Below, piece by piece: positions 40,131-52,528 of a stretch of DNA of 64,000 bases. The stretch is from assembly GCA_976551045.1 (NCBI GenBank), contig CDPCPM010000370.1:496001-560000 (forward strand), in the 5' to 3' direction. The notes beneath the pieces are model-generated. The model searched no databases. It had not been told where the DNA came from and worked only from the letters and a program-made list of their open reading frames with translations. Position numbers and translations under genes: made by a program. The DNA is from Glaucostegus cemiculus (Eukaryota). Position 1 is the stretch's first letter. The number at the start of each line of letters is the position of its first letter.

Positions 40131-42039
40131 ATTATGGCTCGATGCACGTTCATGGTGTTTTCCTCTTGTCAACCTCGCGGCGTTGATAGGTGTGAGAAGC
40201 AGGCTCCTTTTCTTGAACATCTCCAAATGAGGGCGAGGTACGTTTGATTTCTGACACAGTCTTACTGGCATTTGCAGTCAGATATCTGCGGAATTGGCGA
40301 CACTTCTCCCTTGCCTCCCTGCTTCTCACACCAGGCGCGCAGCCGATCCTGAGATGCGCTGTCGAGTGGAAACGCGAGAGGCCCGCAAACGGATTATCTG
40401 GGATACACGTCCTGTCCATCCCTGTTGGAGGTTCCTTCCATTTTCGGAAGATACTTCTCACGTTTGTTTCATCTTGCTGACACCTCTGTTGTTGGGTGGA
40501 AACACGCGATCTGCCTCTGCTGAACTGATCAGCGAAATAAATGTGCAATCTTGTGATAAAGCGTTCGCTGAACTTCCATATCCCATATTCCGGTGGGAGG
40601 CCGGAAACTTGCTCTGTGTTGCTCAAGTTTCCCCCATGGAGCTGAGGATTCAAACAGAGAATCTTAGTATCAACATTCTCATTCTGGACGGATCTCGGCT
40701 GATTTCTCCAGCCACGTCCCGTTCATTAATCCACAACTACCCCGTCTGTAGAAATCTGAAACCACAGATATCTTCAACTTTCACTCATATGTCCTTGTAC
40801 AGACTACCCAACATTTGCTGATATACAGATCTCCAGTTCGAGAAATAGATTAGCAGATTATTGCTTTATTTGCCGGGAATAGGAGAATATTCATCGATTA
40901 GACTGTTAAAACCAACAGTGAGATGGACGAATATGAAATCTTGCTGAAACGTGAATGGCGTATCCGTGCACAAGTTCTGGTGAGCATGTTACAGGATTAG
41001 ACAACGTTTAGCGGTTAATTGAAACACCAACATTTCGAAAAAAATAACACTTACTGCATTGGGTGTTCCGATCAATTCTGCAGATAAAACCTAAAATAAG
41101 AGAGGGAACGCAGTCAGCCTCCAGTGTTTCAGTTCACTGGAGAAGCTTCTGAAACGAGTCTTTTGCATATTCATGATGTGTCATGATTGGTCAAGTAAAG
41201 CGACGGGCTGTGAAATGTTGTTGGCAGGGCATTTTATTCGTTCTCCAGGGAAACGGCATTGCTCTAATCATTGAGAATGACAGGGAAGAAACCTTTCCTG
41301 AGCAAAAACGCACACTAAGGTTGTTATTAATAAATGTTGACGGGATTAAACCAAACTGAATTACCTTTAATTGGAATAATGAGCAGCATAATAATTAAAA
41401 CATCGGTTTACATTTTCGTCAGATTGCATTGTAATTGTGAGTTAGAACGGTTAATTTACATAACCAAATGTACCTTCGTTTATTTTTACCTCAAGGCAAT
41501 GTCCTGGATGGATTTGGTGGTTATTAGGACCGTTATCTTTTGACCCAGGGAAAGAAATGCACGTCACACGAACACGAGCGGCGCATGAACTGGCTGTGGT
41601 TGACGCTGCAACTCTCTCAGTGAGATACCGCCGGGTCTTTGTGTTCACGCGAATAGCAGGTCTCCGTTTTAAAATTTGAGCGAGACCGTGTAGCACAGCG
41701 AAGAGAAAATAAACATTAGTTTCGCGGGATTAAACATACTGCGGTAGTAATTTCAATAAAATGAAAGGAGGGGAAAGGATCATTGATCTGATGAATTTAT
41801 CTGGTCCCACAGATAACATTGGCGCATTACTGCATTGATTTGAATTTGGAAACAACTGCTGGGGATGATTGACCAGAGTAAATATCGGCTTCCACATATC
41901 CCGCCAATAAATATATTCAAATGTCATGATGTCTCTTCGATTGTCGATCAGTCAGTCCATCAGAAAAAACAGTAAAGTGCGTCAATACTTCAGACGAGGT
42001 CAACTCGAGGGATAATGCTATGACATTATTCCTGGTAGG

Positions 42040-43085
42040 GTAAGAAAATCACAGAGCAATACACCGCGGAAATAGGACCTTCGGTCGAGCTCATCCAGGC
42101 CGAGCGTGATACCCATACAGACAGGCCCCTGTGCACGCGTTTGGACCATATCGCACTGAACGTTTCCTGTCCGTGTACCTGTCCTAGTGTTCTTTAAATG
42201 TTGTTATTGTCTCTACCTCGACCACAAGATCTGGCAGCTCGTTCCATATTTACGCCTTCTTCTGTTTGAAGTATATATGCATCGGAGCCCTTTTAAATCG
42301 TTTGCCTCGGATGGACTCCGGTTTTTGATACCTTTTCCATTATCTCTACCCGTCTTGTTTTTATATACTTCTGTAAGTTCACCTCTCAGTCTCCGACGCT
42401 GTAGGCCATAAACTACAAGGGCAGCCGACCTCTCTCTATGGCTCAGCTCCTCGTGTCCTGGAAACTTTCTAGTAAATCTTCTTTACAGTCTTTCCAGCTG
42501 AATGACATTTTCCTCGTAACAAGGTGACCAAAATGTGCAGAATTCTCCATGTGCGGCCTCATTAACGTCTTAAACAACCGGAAAATAACGTGCCACCTCG
42601 TATACTAAGTGTACTGATTGACGTCGGTCAAGATGACAAATGTTTTTTCCCATCCTGTCGGCACTTACCTGGCTGATAAAGATACTCTTGTAATTTTCCA
42701 CAATGTTCTTCACTTTCTACAACCTCACCTATTTTAGTATCATTTGCAAAGTTACTAACTATGACCTGTACATTCATACACAATTTGTTATGTAAATAAC
42801 TAAGAAGAAAAGGCTAGCACCGATCCGTCTGACACATCCGTCATCTCAGGCTCCAATCTGGAACAAAAGCAATTTACCATCGTCCGCTCCTTCCTACCAT
42901 TAAGCCAATTAAGTATCCACTCAAGCCAATTATGTATCCATTCAGCGAGCTCTCGCTGGATCCCATCTGATCTAACCTCACAGAATAGCCTTCCATACGG
43001 TTCTGACCAATGGCTTTCAAAAGTCCATTTAGTCAACATTCATCGTCCTACCCTCATCGATCTTCTTGGTAAACTCTTAAAACTT
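42040..43085 (-). mobile_element. Eroded CR1-type LINE fragment
   Basis: ORF 42800-43039 (GRLFCEVRSDGIQRELAEWIHNWL..RKERTMV) resembles CR1 reverse transcriptase. A 3' tail lies near 42050-42200. Confidence 0.7.
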
Positions 43086-44142
43086 ACGAAGGAATTTGAC
43101 AGACGTAATTCAGGCAGTCATAGAAAAATAAATAAACTCAGCAGCAATTGATCGCCCTGGCCTGGAACAGATCTTACACAACTACGGTCTGGTGCAGTGT
43201 TAGCAGATTACACTCATGGATTTCAATAGAAATAAACATCAAAGGGTTCAGAAACCCTGAGTCTACGTGGTCTAGTCCAGAGTGGTCAAGGATGCAACTG
43301 CGTTAAAGTCATTGATACCAGTGTAAAATAGTCCAGTGTAAAACCTTGACCAAGCCGAGTCAAAGTTTGAAAATATATGGCTGAGTACAATGTAAAAAGG
43401 GACTATGCCTGATATAATAGGGATGAGATTTATGTTAATTGATGCTTAAAATAATCTGGATTTAGATTTAGTGAACATTGATTGGTACTGGAAATTTGAG
43501 GCCTTTTCATAAAAAGTCTGGTTTCACTTGCATGCTCCGCACTGATATAGCACAACAAGTTTATAGATTGTATTGTAGGACTACTGTTGCCCTAAATTTT
43601 ACACCATTACGAGATACGAGACTGGGCCTGGTTTAATAAATAAAAAGTGGTTTAATTTGAAAAGAGGCTTCACTTAATATCGAGAAATGCAATGACGGGT
43701 TATTTCGGTTTCATTGGTGATTATATCAACGCAGTTGGATTGCGTTTGGAGAGGTGACGTGGGTACCGAATCACAATGGCTTTCCAAGTTAAGACTCACA
43801 GGAGTTATTCATTCCAATAAAAAAAACCAAACGCCTCCAGCCCTGCAGGGTCAGCAAGTAGGATTGCAGGCAGATTTTAAGTCACAAATGACCTCTTAAC
43901 TGTGATACGACTTTCTTATTGTACTTTGTTTCCTTGCCTTCCCCAGACTGCCGTGCATTGCACATTGACCCCCAGCTGCAATGCTGAAGAAGAGCAGTAG
44001 CGTTGTTTCTCAGTTCACACCAATAAATAGGGTTACTAGATCATGGTCAGCAGGAATGTTAAATGATCGCCAGAACCACCGATTAAAGAGATGGTTTGCC
44101 TCAAGTCACCTGGTCCGGCATCCAGCCCTCAACATAAACACC

Positions 44143-44180
44143 GACCAATGAAACGTATTTCGACCGACGTCCCGCCCCCT
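44143..44180 (+). promoter_or_regulatory. CCAAT box plus GC box upstream of the NAR-TCR leader
   Basis: GACCAATGAAACGTATTT..CCCGCCCCC, conserved at 59283-59320 in copy 2. Confidence 0.45.
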
Positions 44181-44468
44181 TGCTGTGGAGAAACGATGAG
44201 CGGCGGCTTCGGTTCAGCAAACAACTTCCCCACACGCTGAAGGTCAGATGAATGTGGGAGGATCCTCTCCGTAAGTCTTGGAGATCCAACCCAGAGCCAG
44301 AAGAAGCAGCTGTCCTTCAAACCAGACACCTCCTCATTCAGCGCACAGGGACTTATTCGTAAACCGCGCGGCCCTTCAATAATCTCCGGAAAACTGCCCT
44401 TTTCAGATGAACCAGCCTCACTGAGGTTGAGCAACCCAGCTCTGAGAGAAACTGTGTCGGAGCAGTCC

Positions 44469-45001
44469 ATGGCCGCAGGGTCCAGTTTGTCGTTAGATCA
44501 ACCGTGTGCTTTCAGGAACAGAACAATTGGAATCCTCCTGGTTCTCACCATATGCCTCTGCTCACGCCGTGAGTACCATTAACCTATTTCCACAATGCGT
44601 ATAGGTAATATAAAACGGGCCGAATTTCAAGCCTGTCTATGTTTTTAACTCCGTTGCGTGTATTCGCATGTGATCACAATTCACCTCTTGGTGTTTATGA
44701 TTTTCAGTCTCCTTCAGCCAGTCCGTTTCCCAGAGCCCGACAGAGGTGACGAAGATGGAATGTGAGCCCCTCACCATCACCTGCAGTTTCCACCCTGCTT
44801 CTTGGGGTAGCTATGATTTTAAAACCGGGCAGTTCTTCAAAGAAACGCAATCCAGCCCAGAGCGGCAGTGGATATCCAGTGGACGAAGATTTGCTGTGGA
44901 GATCAATAAAGCAAAAATGACATTTGCGCTGCAAATTCGGGAACTGCAAGTTGAAGACAGCGCCACCTATTACTGTAAAGCTGAGTACAGGTGGCGCGAA
45001 A
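44469..45001 (+). CDS. NAR-TCR V (IgNAR-like V), cassette 1
   Basis: Leader 44469-44568 (MAAGSS..GILLVLTICLCSR, C|GTGAGT). V exon 44708-45001 reads QSVSQSPTEVTKMECEPLTITC..ISSGRRFAVEINKAKMTFALQIRELQVEDSATYYCKA: VNAR-type framework with short CDR2 region and an extra FR1 Cys. RSS: CACACTG 45002-45008, 22-bp spacer, ACAAAATCC. Confidence 0.9.
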
Positions 45002-45395
45002 CACACTGATGAGTCTGGACTTCCAGCGGGACAAAATCCCTCACTGTAGATTGTCCCAAAAAACCGATGAAGTGGCAGCGCGAAGCTCCCGTTCAAAACC
45101 ATGGTCCCGCCTCACTACACCTTCAGAATCTTTTGGTTGAAACGGGATAGACAGTTGTAGTTCAAAAAATGTTTTTTTTTTCATTGCCGAGCGTGCGTGT
45201 GTCATTCTGCCTTTCTCAATACCGAGGTCAATGAACGGCATCCGAAATGAAAGCCCTCACTTCCCAACACCCAACGACAGATGGGATTTTTCCCCCCCAC
45301 AGCTGAGACCGGAAACCGCAGTCGCTGAGTTTTAAAATTACGCCATCCCGTCTTTCTGAAATCCGGAGGATTTTAAACTGAGATAAACCATCGTG

Positions 45396-45410
45396 TGGGG
45401 ATGGGACAAT
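45396..45410 (+). other. NAR-TCR D segment (12/12 RSS), cassette 1
   Basis: GGATTTTAA-12-CATCGTG (45368-45395), D TGGGGATGGGACAAT, then CACAATG-12-GCAAAATAT (45411-45438). Confidence 0.85.
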
Positions 45411-45802
45411 CACAATGACAGAGAGTCGAGCAAAATATTAACTTCGCAATTATAAAATAAATATATGCATTCTTTTATTCCTGAACCAGAACTTGACGAC
45501 TGGTGTTTTTCACTCTGTAATGTGGTAGTTTTTTCTTCGTAATCACCAATTTTCAGGGATTTTTCTCTGAATTGTTTTCTTTATTTTTATAATTGGACAT
45601 TCAGTCCGTGTCCCGGAGCAACTTTGCTGAGAGCTCCGTTTCCTGCAAGGAACTGGCCGAACCGCCAGAGATTGTGGAACACTGAATATTGCTTGTTGTT
45701 TTGAAACATCTGGCGATATTGGGCAACAATTTGTCGTGTTGCTGGGGAGATTGGTTTGGGGGCGGTTCTTGAACTGGGCAGAGTGAAAGCAGGACAACTG
45801 TG

Positions 45803-45860
45803 GGTTCGTGGCAGACTTACCATGAGGAAGGAGGGGGAACGAAGGTGACTGTTAAAGCCG
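45803..45860 (+). CDS. NAR-TCR J segment, cassette 1
   Basis: GGTTCTTGA-23-AACTGTG (45764-45802). Encodes GSWQTYHEEGGGTKVTVKA with donor G|GTAAGT; the EGGGT motif is IgNAR J-like. Confidence 0.9.
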
Positions 45861-47096
45861 GTAAGTATCTGAAAATCTCGCCTACTGTCCGGCTCTTAGC
45901 GTTAATTAAAATTCGACTCAGTATGGCATCGATTTAACTCAAAGTGAAAGAGGGACATGTGCTGAACGGGTTTCTGGTAAGCGATCTCGGCAGTGGCGGT
46001 GCCATCCGGGATTATTACCGGAAACATATGGTCTAGCCCCGGGGGCAGGCGCATTTTGAATCCTGAAGCAGTCGGATGGTCAAGAAACACGGGTAAGTAA
46101 ATAGGAAGCAGACATTCTCTGAAATAGAGGACCTGGGCGAAAGTGTGCAGTCTGACAAGTGTCACAACGGTTATCTATAATGATGAAAGATCGGAATTTC
46201 CCTCAGGCATTTTTGGAAAATAAGAGAGGGACAGTGATGACAGAGCTGTTTAAGCGCATTCAGATTGCAGCTTGGGTGAACGTCCTGTGAAGAATGATTA
46301 TGCTTAATGGAGTCACGATCACAGCTTGTTGGAAAACTGAGGGGTAATCTCTTTCAGATAGAGAGGGGTTGGCAGTGAAGTGGTGAGATCTGAGTGAGCC
46401 TGAAACCGCTGGGAAAACTGTACAGACTAAACCCAACCGACAACTGAAAGACTGTGGGAAAAGTTAACAGTATGGCAAATTATGCACCGCAGACACCAAA
46501 AAGGAACCGACCTAGATGTGTACATAAAATGAAACCAACTGGAACTAATGGAGATGTAAAATAAAATTAGAAAATAACATGTCCCATTGAAGTTGACATT
46601 TTACTAGAACGGGGAGAGGAGCTGTTTTACGGCGGGATGCGTTAAACTGAATTTATACATGTAAAAGATCAACCATTGCCCCACAGTTTTATAGTGCCCT
46701 TTGGTCTGAGCTGGCGCTGTTCAATCTCATTCTTAGCTATTTGATCTTGCTCTGCAGTGCGCCAAAACAACGACGAAACCCTTTTGTGGAAAATACAGCC
46801 CTCATTGAGAAATAAATAAAAATATGTGGTTAGTAACATATTTGTCTGTCAACAAAAGGTCATGGAAACGTTCGAAATAGAATTTCATAGAGCCGAATAA
46901 AGTGAGTAATTCAAGAGATTTTCGAGGAGCCAGTTCTCTGCAGCAAGTCACTAGATCCGTTTCCTAGGGCAAGGAATAAAGTTTACACTGATTTTGAATG
47001 ATGCAAACTGTGGGAAATCTAAATCTCACCCTCTGTGTCACCCACTCTCGAACAATCACCAAGAAATCAAGAATAGATTTTTTTTATTTCTTGCAG

Positions 47097-47399
47097 ATTC
47101 CATTAACCCGCCATCGCAGAGTCCGCCTGTGCAATCTTTTGCTGGTGGCTCTGTTACGTTAAGATGCGAATATTCCGGTTTCTGTCCGTACTCAGTCTCC
47201 TGGTATCGGCAGTTCCCAGAACAGACGCCTGAATTCCTGCTCAAGAGGCACACCTCAGGAGAGCAGGATAAGGAAAACGCTGCGGGAGGACGAATTTCTG
47301 GTTATCTTGATGCCGGCAAGAAAGTCAGCGAGTTAGAGATTTCAGAACTACAGCTGAGTGACATGGCTGTGTATCACTGTGCAATGAGTCCTCGCTCTG
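47097..47399 (+). CDS. Leaderless supporting TCR V-delta (STCRdV), cassette 1
   Basis: Acceptor TTGCAG is in phase with the NAR-TCR J donor. Reads SVTLRCEYSGFCPYSVSWYRQ..DMAVYHCAM with a CDR1 Cys. RSS: CACAGCG 47400-47406, 23-bp spacer, ACAAAAACC 47430-47438. No leader exon recognised between J and V. Confidence 0.9.
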
Positions 47400-48184
47400 C
47401 ACAGCGATACAGAGCGGTGAGAAACTCGTACAAAAACCTTGGTGTGGTGGATAAGACTCACACAGCGCTGCAGAGCACGGGGAGAGTTGTAGATAAACAT
47501 CAGTGTGGCGGGCATTATTGAGGAATGTGGATGGAGGAAAAGAGGAACGTTGAATCGTTTTTACAGTTGCAGGCACCTGGAAGGGAGAGAAGATGTATTC
47601 TACAGCAATGCATTTCCAGAGCAGAAAAGGAACATTGTCTTTCTGAATAACTTGACTTCTGCTGTATCAAGCTGCCGCAAAGCTAATTTTCCGACACGAA
47701 ACAAATATCTGACCATGCCATTGTCCTTTACCACAAGAGTGCAGAAATGGCCTCCATTTGACGTCATGTTACAGGGACGGATTAACCTGAGAATGTTTCA
47801 GCGTAGCAGGCACTGATTCAGACCACGAATTCTGCACATCGGCCTTTCTCCCCAAAATTATTCATCTTCGTACAGGACACGACTGCTCATTTGTTGAGAT
47901 AATCCCAACTCTCTCACACTGGAGGTTACTTCAGGATGATACCTGAATCAAGTTAACTGGGACAGTGGCGACGAGGGGAACAGTCGGATTTCAGCTATTG
48001 CAAGTACCCGCGCTAACTCCAGGTCCAGCTGAATTACAGAGGCCAGGGTTCCCTTATTGGACTGCAGTGGCACTCCTGATTCATTCATTTGAGACGGTAT
48101 CGCAGCGAAATGGCATTTTGCTGTTTCTTGCATTTAGGGTGTTACCGATTCTAAAGTGCATTGCCCACCTTTGAAGTTCGCCTC

Positions 48185-49140
48185 AGACTATCGTCTACCT
48201 TCCTCCCACACACCCCTCTATTTTAAATTCAACCATATGCTTATCGAGTGATCTCTTGAATTTGACCTGGAGTTCACCACCACCCCAGGCAGCGCATTCC
48301 CTGCTTCCACCACCCTCTGTGTAAAAAGAAAAACCTTCCTCTCATATCTCCCTTGAACTTCCCACCCATTACTGTACAGCCATGCCCTCTTGTGTTGAAC
48401 ACTGATGGTCTGGGAAAGAGGCGCTGGCTGTCTATTCTATCTATTCCTCTTAATATTTTGTACACCTCTATCGTGTCTCCTCTCATCCTCCTTATCTCCA
48501 AGGTGTAAAGCCGTAGCTCCCTTAGGCTCCTCAGAATGCATACTCTCTAATCCTGGTAAATCCTGGTAAATCTCCTCTTCACCCTTTCTAACGCTTCCAC
48601 ATCCTCTCTAATAAGGAGGCGACCAGAACTGGACACAGTACTCTCAGTTTGGTCTAACCTGAGTTTTGTAGAGCTCCATCATTAACTTGCGACTCTTAAA
48701 CTCAATCCCACGAATTATGAAAGCTAACATCTCATAAACTTTCTTAACTACCCTACCCACCTGTGAGGCAACTTTCAGGGACCTGTGGATATAGATCCCC
48801 AGAGCCCTCTGCTCCTCCACACTTCCCAGAATCCTACCATTAACTTTGTACTCTGCCTTGGAGTTTGTCGTTCCAAAGTGTACCACCTCACACATCTCCG
48901 GATTGAACTCCTACTGCCACTTCTTAGCCCAGCTCTGCGTCCTATCAATGTCTCTCTGCAACATTCTACAATTCTCCACACTATCCAAAACACCACCAAC
49001 CTTTATTACGACTACAAAATTGCCAACCCACCCTCTACCCACTCATCCAAGTCATTAATAAAAATCACGAAAAGCGGAGGTCCCAGAACCGATCCTTGTG
49101 GGACACAACTAGTCACAGCCCTACAATCTGAATGCACTCC
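48185..49140 (-). mobile_element. CR1-type LINE fragment at the junction of the duplicated units
   Basis: ORFs 48644-48895 (CEVVHFG..SLKVASQVGRVVKK..RGIEFKS) and 48274-48501 (RRMRGDTIEVYKILRGIDRIDSQRLFP). Confidence 0.88.
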
Positions 49141-50026
49141 CGACTAAATTATGAATCCCTTGATCAACCACGTTGTACATCTTCTTATACATCCTTTGAC
49201 CATGGTAGCTTTTCTTGCAGTTTTCCCTGCATCTCCTGACACTTTCAACCAACTGTGTCCATATCCCAAATCTTTGTGTTCCTGTATTCCATTTTAATGT
49301 TGCAATCTTGTTCATACTGTTTATTTCCCATACAGCATTCAGCCGTGTCATTCCTTAAAGATGGACTTCATCTGTCACACGTGCAGTTATTTCAGCAATT
49401 TGTCTGTATTATTTTGAAATTCATGACCATCCTCCTCCTAATTTCCCACAACCCTTTTTGGTGTTTCTCACATATTGTTCGGGAAACTGATGACTGCTGC
49501 CCCAATTCATCATGTGAATGCGTCCTCAGAAAGGTAGTTAACATTATCTGTCTTTTGGAGAATGCCACTGTGCGAACCTGTGGACTATGAAAAAGAAAAA
49601 AATAAACTGGCCTCTACATTGTGTCTGTCCCGCAACCAAGTTGCTCTTCCGCTGTAATGCCAGTGGTTTCACTTTTGAAACTGCAGAAATGTTATAGAAA
49701 GGCGTTTGGAAGTCCATTTGCTCAACAAAAATTCGAAGAAAACATCTCAATTACTTGAACATCACCCTCCCGTGACTTAACCTGCATTCATTAAAGTTTT
49801 TCCAAGAAGTGACTTTCATTGAATCTGCAAACAGAGTGTGAAACAACCTCATTAATTAGCGTAAACGTTCAAACAACTGGCCTGGTTTATTTGCTCGGAA
49901 AATTGTTACAAACAGCTATGAGGATTAAAGCTAATTGCTACTCCAGAGATTTCTATCACGTATAAATATGGGCATGACCTGCCTACTTCGGAAGTTGCAT
50001 TCACCAACGCAGAGTTCTCGCGGAGA

Positions 50027-52528
50027 ATGCACGCGCCTGGCAAAGGACCGGTCTTTGCCATTTATTATTCTATCCTTGCAGCTTTTGGAGTTCCAGGTAA
50101 AGCTTGATACTAGCTGAATAAATGGAAAGTCAACATGTACCATCGTTGACTAGCTGGCTGTTCGTCAGATTGTTAATTTTCATTTCTGGTCGCCCTGCTT
50201 TGCAATCGGTGCATCCCCCAGATTCCCCAAGCTTTGTGATCTTTCAATGAATGGAACGTGCTTGTTACATTAATGTCCACATGAAACTGTAATAAGATTT
50301 CTTTGATTACTGTGTGGCATCGTATTGACAACTCCTTTTCCATTGTTCACATGAAAATCGTTGCATGAAATCGGTTTAACTAATTTGCGACAGAACCGCC
50401 GAGAACTCTTTTGTTTTGACGATCATTCTGACATTTAATTCGTTGTGGAGGACACAATTTCAAACTGATATGCTTGGAGTATGAAGTGTCAAAAATTGCC
50501 GTAAAATTAAGTCTATGATCGGGGATTTTAGTCCCCGTTTTAATTTCGTTTCTTTTTCGACATATGTTTCCTGACCTTCATGTGCTAAGTATGAGTGTAT
50601 CCTTTATCAGGTGGTGACGGGTGTCTATGAAATCATTGCCTCCACTGATATTATACAATGAGGTTATCAGAGCAATTTCTTGTATTGACACGGGTGCCCA
50701 TTCCTTCTCTATGTCATCATCTGTTTATTTTTTCCTGAAGAATTTCACCGTTTACAGGAAATGCGTTTCCTGCTTTTGTTTTTGATGCGGTTTAAGGCTG
50801 TTACTGCTTCTCTGCAATAGCAATCAAGAAGAGAACGAATGCCTCTCTCTTACAACTGGAGTATTGTGAGCAGTTTGGGGCCCCAGGAACGATGTGCTAA
50901 TGTTGCAGAGTTTCTAGAGGAGATTTACGAGAATGATCCCCGGGATTAAACGGTTTCCGTATGGGGAGCATTCAATAGCTTTGGACCTGTATTCGCCGGA
51001 GTTTAGAAGGATGAGGGGGGATGTCCTTGAATCCCACCGAATATTGAAATGCTTGAATAGAGTGGACATGGAGAGAATGCTTCCAGTCTTAGGAGAATCA
51101 GGGAAGAGTGGGCGTAGACTCAGAATAAAAGGACGTCCAATTAGAACAGGGAATAAGGAGGAATTTCTTCAGCGAGAGGGTGGCGAATTTGTGGAACTCA
51201 TTGCCACAGACGGGCGTGGAGGCCAGGTCATTGGGCATATTTAAAGTGCAGGTTAACAAGTTCTTGATTCTTAAGGCTGTCAGAGATTACTGGGAGAAGG
51301 CAGGAGAATGGGGTTGGCAGCTTATAACTAATCGGCCAATATCGAGTGGCAGAGCAAACTACATTGGCCGAATGGCTTAATTCTGCTCCCAACTTTCCTG
51401 GTCTTTTGGTCATTTCACATTCGCAAATCCCTCTGCGTTTTCCATGGCCATTTTGAAGCATATACAGAGATCCTTTGAACATATGATCATGAATACCTGA
51501 CAGTATAACTGCCGGCTGATTCCTGACGAAGTTATCTCTTGTTTTCTCTTGCAGCCAACATAGTGACGGTTGTGATTCTCTCCCAGGGAAGATGCGGGCT
51601 TTCCAAGTGCATCACTCGGTACCTGATGTTCATGACCTTGTCGGATCTTCTGACCGTTATCAGCGCTGTGATATTAAGCCAGCTTCGGGCTATTTATTTC
51701 CCAATTAGTTTCCTGTCCACCACGCCAGCTTGCAGTATTATTATTGCCCTTAGCTTTGCTTCCATTGACACTTCCGTCTGGTTAACCGTCGCATTCACGT
51801 TCGACAGATTCATTGCCATTTGTTGCCAGAAGCTGAAGCAAAGATATTGCACGGAGAAAACCGCGGCGATCGTTATAGGATCAGGCCTGATGTTTGGCTG
51901 TTTGAAAAATGTCCCTTTTTACTTTTCATTCGAACCCATGTATATCATTGATAACGTTTCCTGGTTTTGCAGCTTAAAAGAAGTGATTTTTTCCTCCGTT
52001 GTTTGGAGAGTTTATCACTGGTCGCGCCGCATTTTTAACCCGTGTCTCCCGTTCTTCCTGATTTTGCTACTCAACCTTCTGACGGTCAGACACATTCAAG
52101 CGGCCAGTGGAGCGCGGCGGAGGCTCCGGGCCCAGAGCAATGGAGACAAACAGAGAGACCCTGAGATGGAGAACAGGAGAAAGTCCATCATTTTACTCTT
52201 CGCCATCTCGGGCAGTTTTATTCTGCTCTGGCTGACGTCCGTTGTCAATTTTCTGTTTGTACAAATTACAGCCAATAACTATGCGGATGGTTCCAATTCC
52301 AGGGATCCAATGTTTAGATTCCAGGAAAGCGGATACATGTTGCAGCTTCTTAGTTCCTGCACCAACACGTGTATCTATGCAGGGACGCAGACTAAGTTCA
52401 GAGAACAGTTGAAGGATGCAGTTAAATACCCTTTCACTCTGGTTCGTAAATGGCTGAAAGGACGGACATGGCAGAAGCAATCCAATGGGAATGAAGAGGC
52501 CCGATATGTACAACCTGTAACTGATTGA
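50027..52528 (+). CDS. Class A GPCR, GPR139/GPR142-like, two exons, 347 aa (copy 2)
   Basis: Exon 1 50027-50096 (MHAPGKGPVFAIYYSILAAFGVP). Exon 2 51555-52528, with FTFDRF and SSCTNTCIY. Paralogue of copy 1 with a longer C-terminal tail. Confidence 0.88.
50780..51410 (+). mobile_element. CR1-type LINE 3' fragment in the GPCR copy 2 intron
   Basis: ORFs 50933-51244 (RRMRGDVLESHRILKCLNRVDMERMLP) and 51180-51380 (NLWNSLPQ). Confidence 0.8.

Larger units (their letters stand above)
30640..48180 (+). repeat. Segmental duplication unit 1 (GPCR + inverted V + NAR-TCR cassette + supporting V-delta)
   Basis: Collinear blocks: 30.65-34.27 kb with 49.15-52.72 kb; 36.1-38.8 kb with 52.75-55.5 kb; 43.25-43.7 kb with 55.8-56.24 kb; 43.7-48.1 kb with 58.84-63.3 kb. 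Confidence 0.85.

Noticed and set aside
40150-40821. Overlapping 167-aa and 175-aa ORFs
   Set aside because: No recognisable domain, splice structure or counterpart in unit 2.
42662-42690. ACTTACCTGGC resembling the U1 snRNA 5' end
   Set aside because: The match is very short, lies inside a LINE fragment, and no U1 stem-loops or Sm site follow.
45638-45690. Possible second D or vestigial J RSS between D and J (GTTTCCTGC-23-GATTGTG; similar near 60788-60826)
   Set aside because: The nonamer is poor, spacing is ambiguous in copy 2, and no J motif or convincing 3' RSS follows.
44708-45860. Interpretation as a secreted IgNAR cluster
   Set aside because: No constant exons follow J; a leaderless Cys-bearing V-delta does, and no octamer promoter was seen, which fits NAR-TCR.
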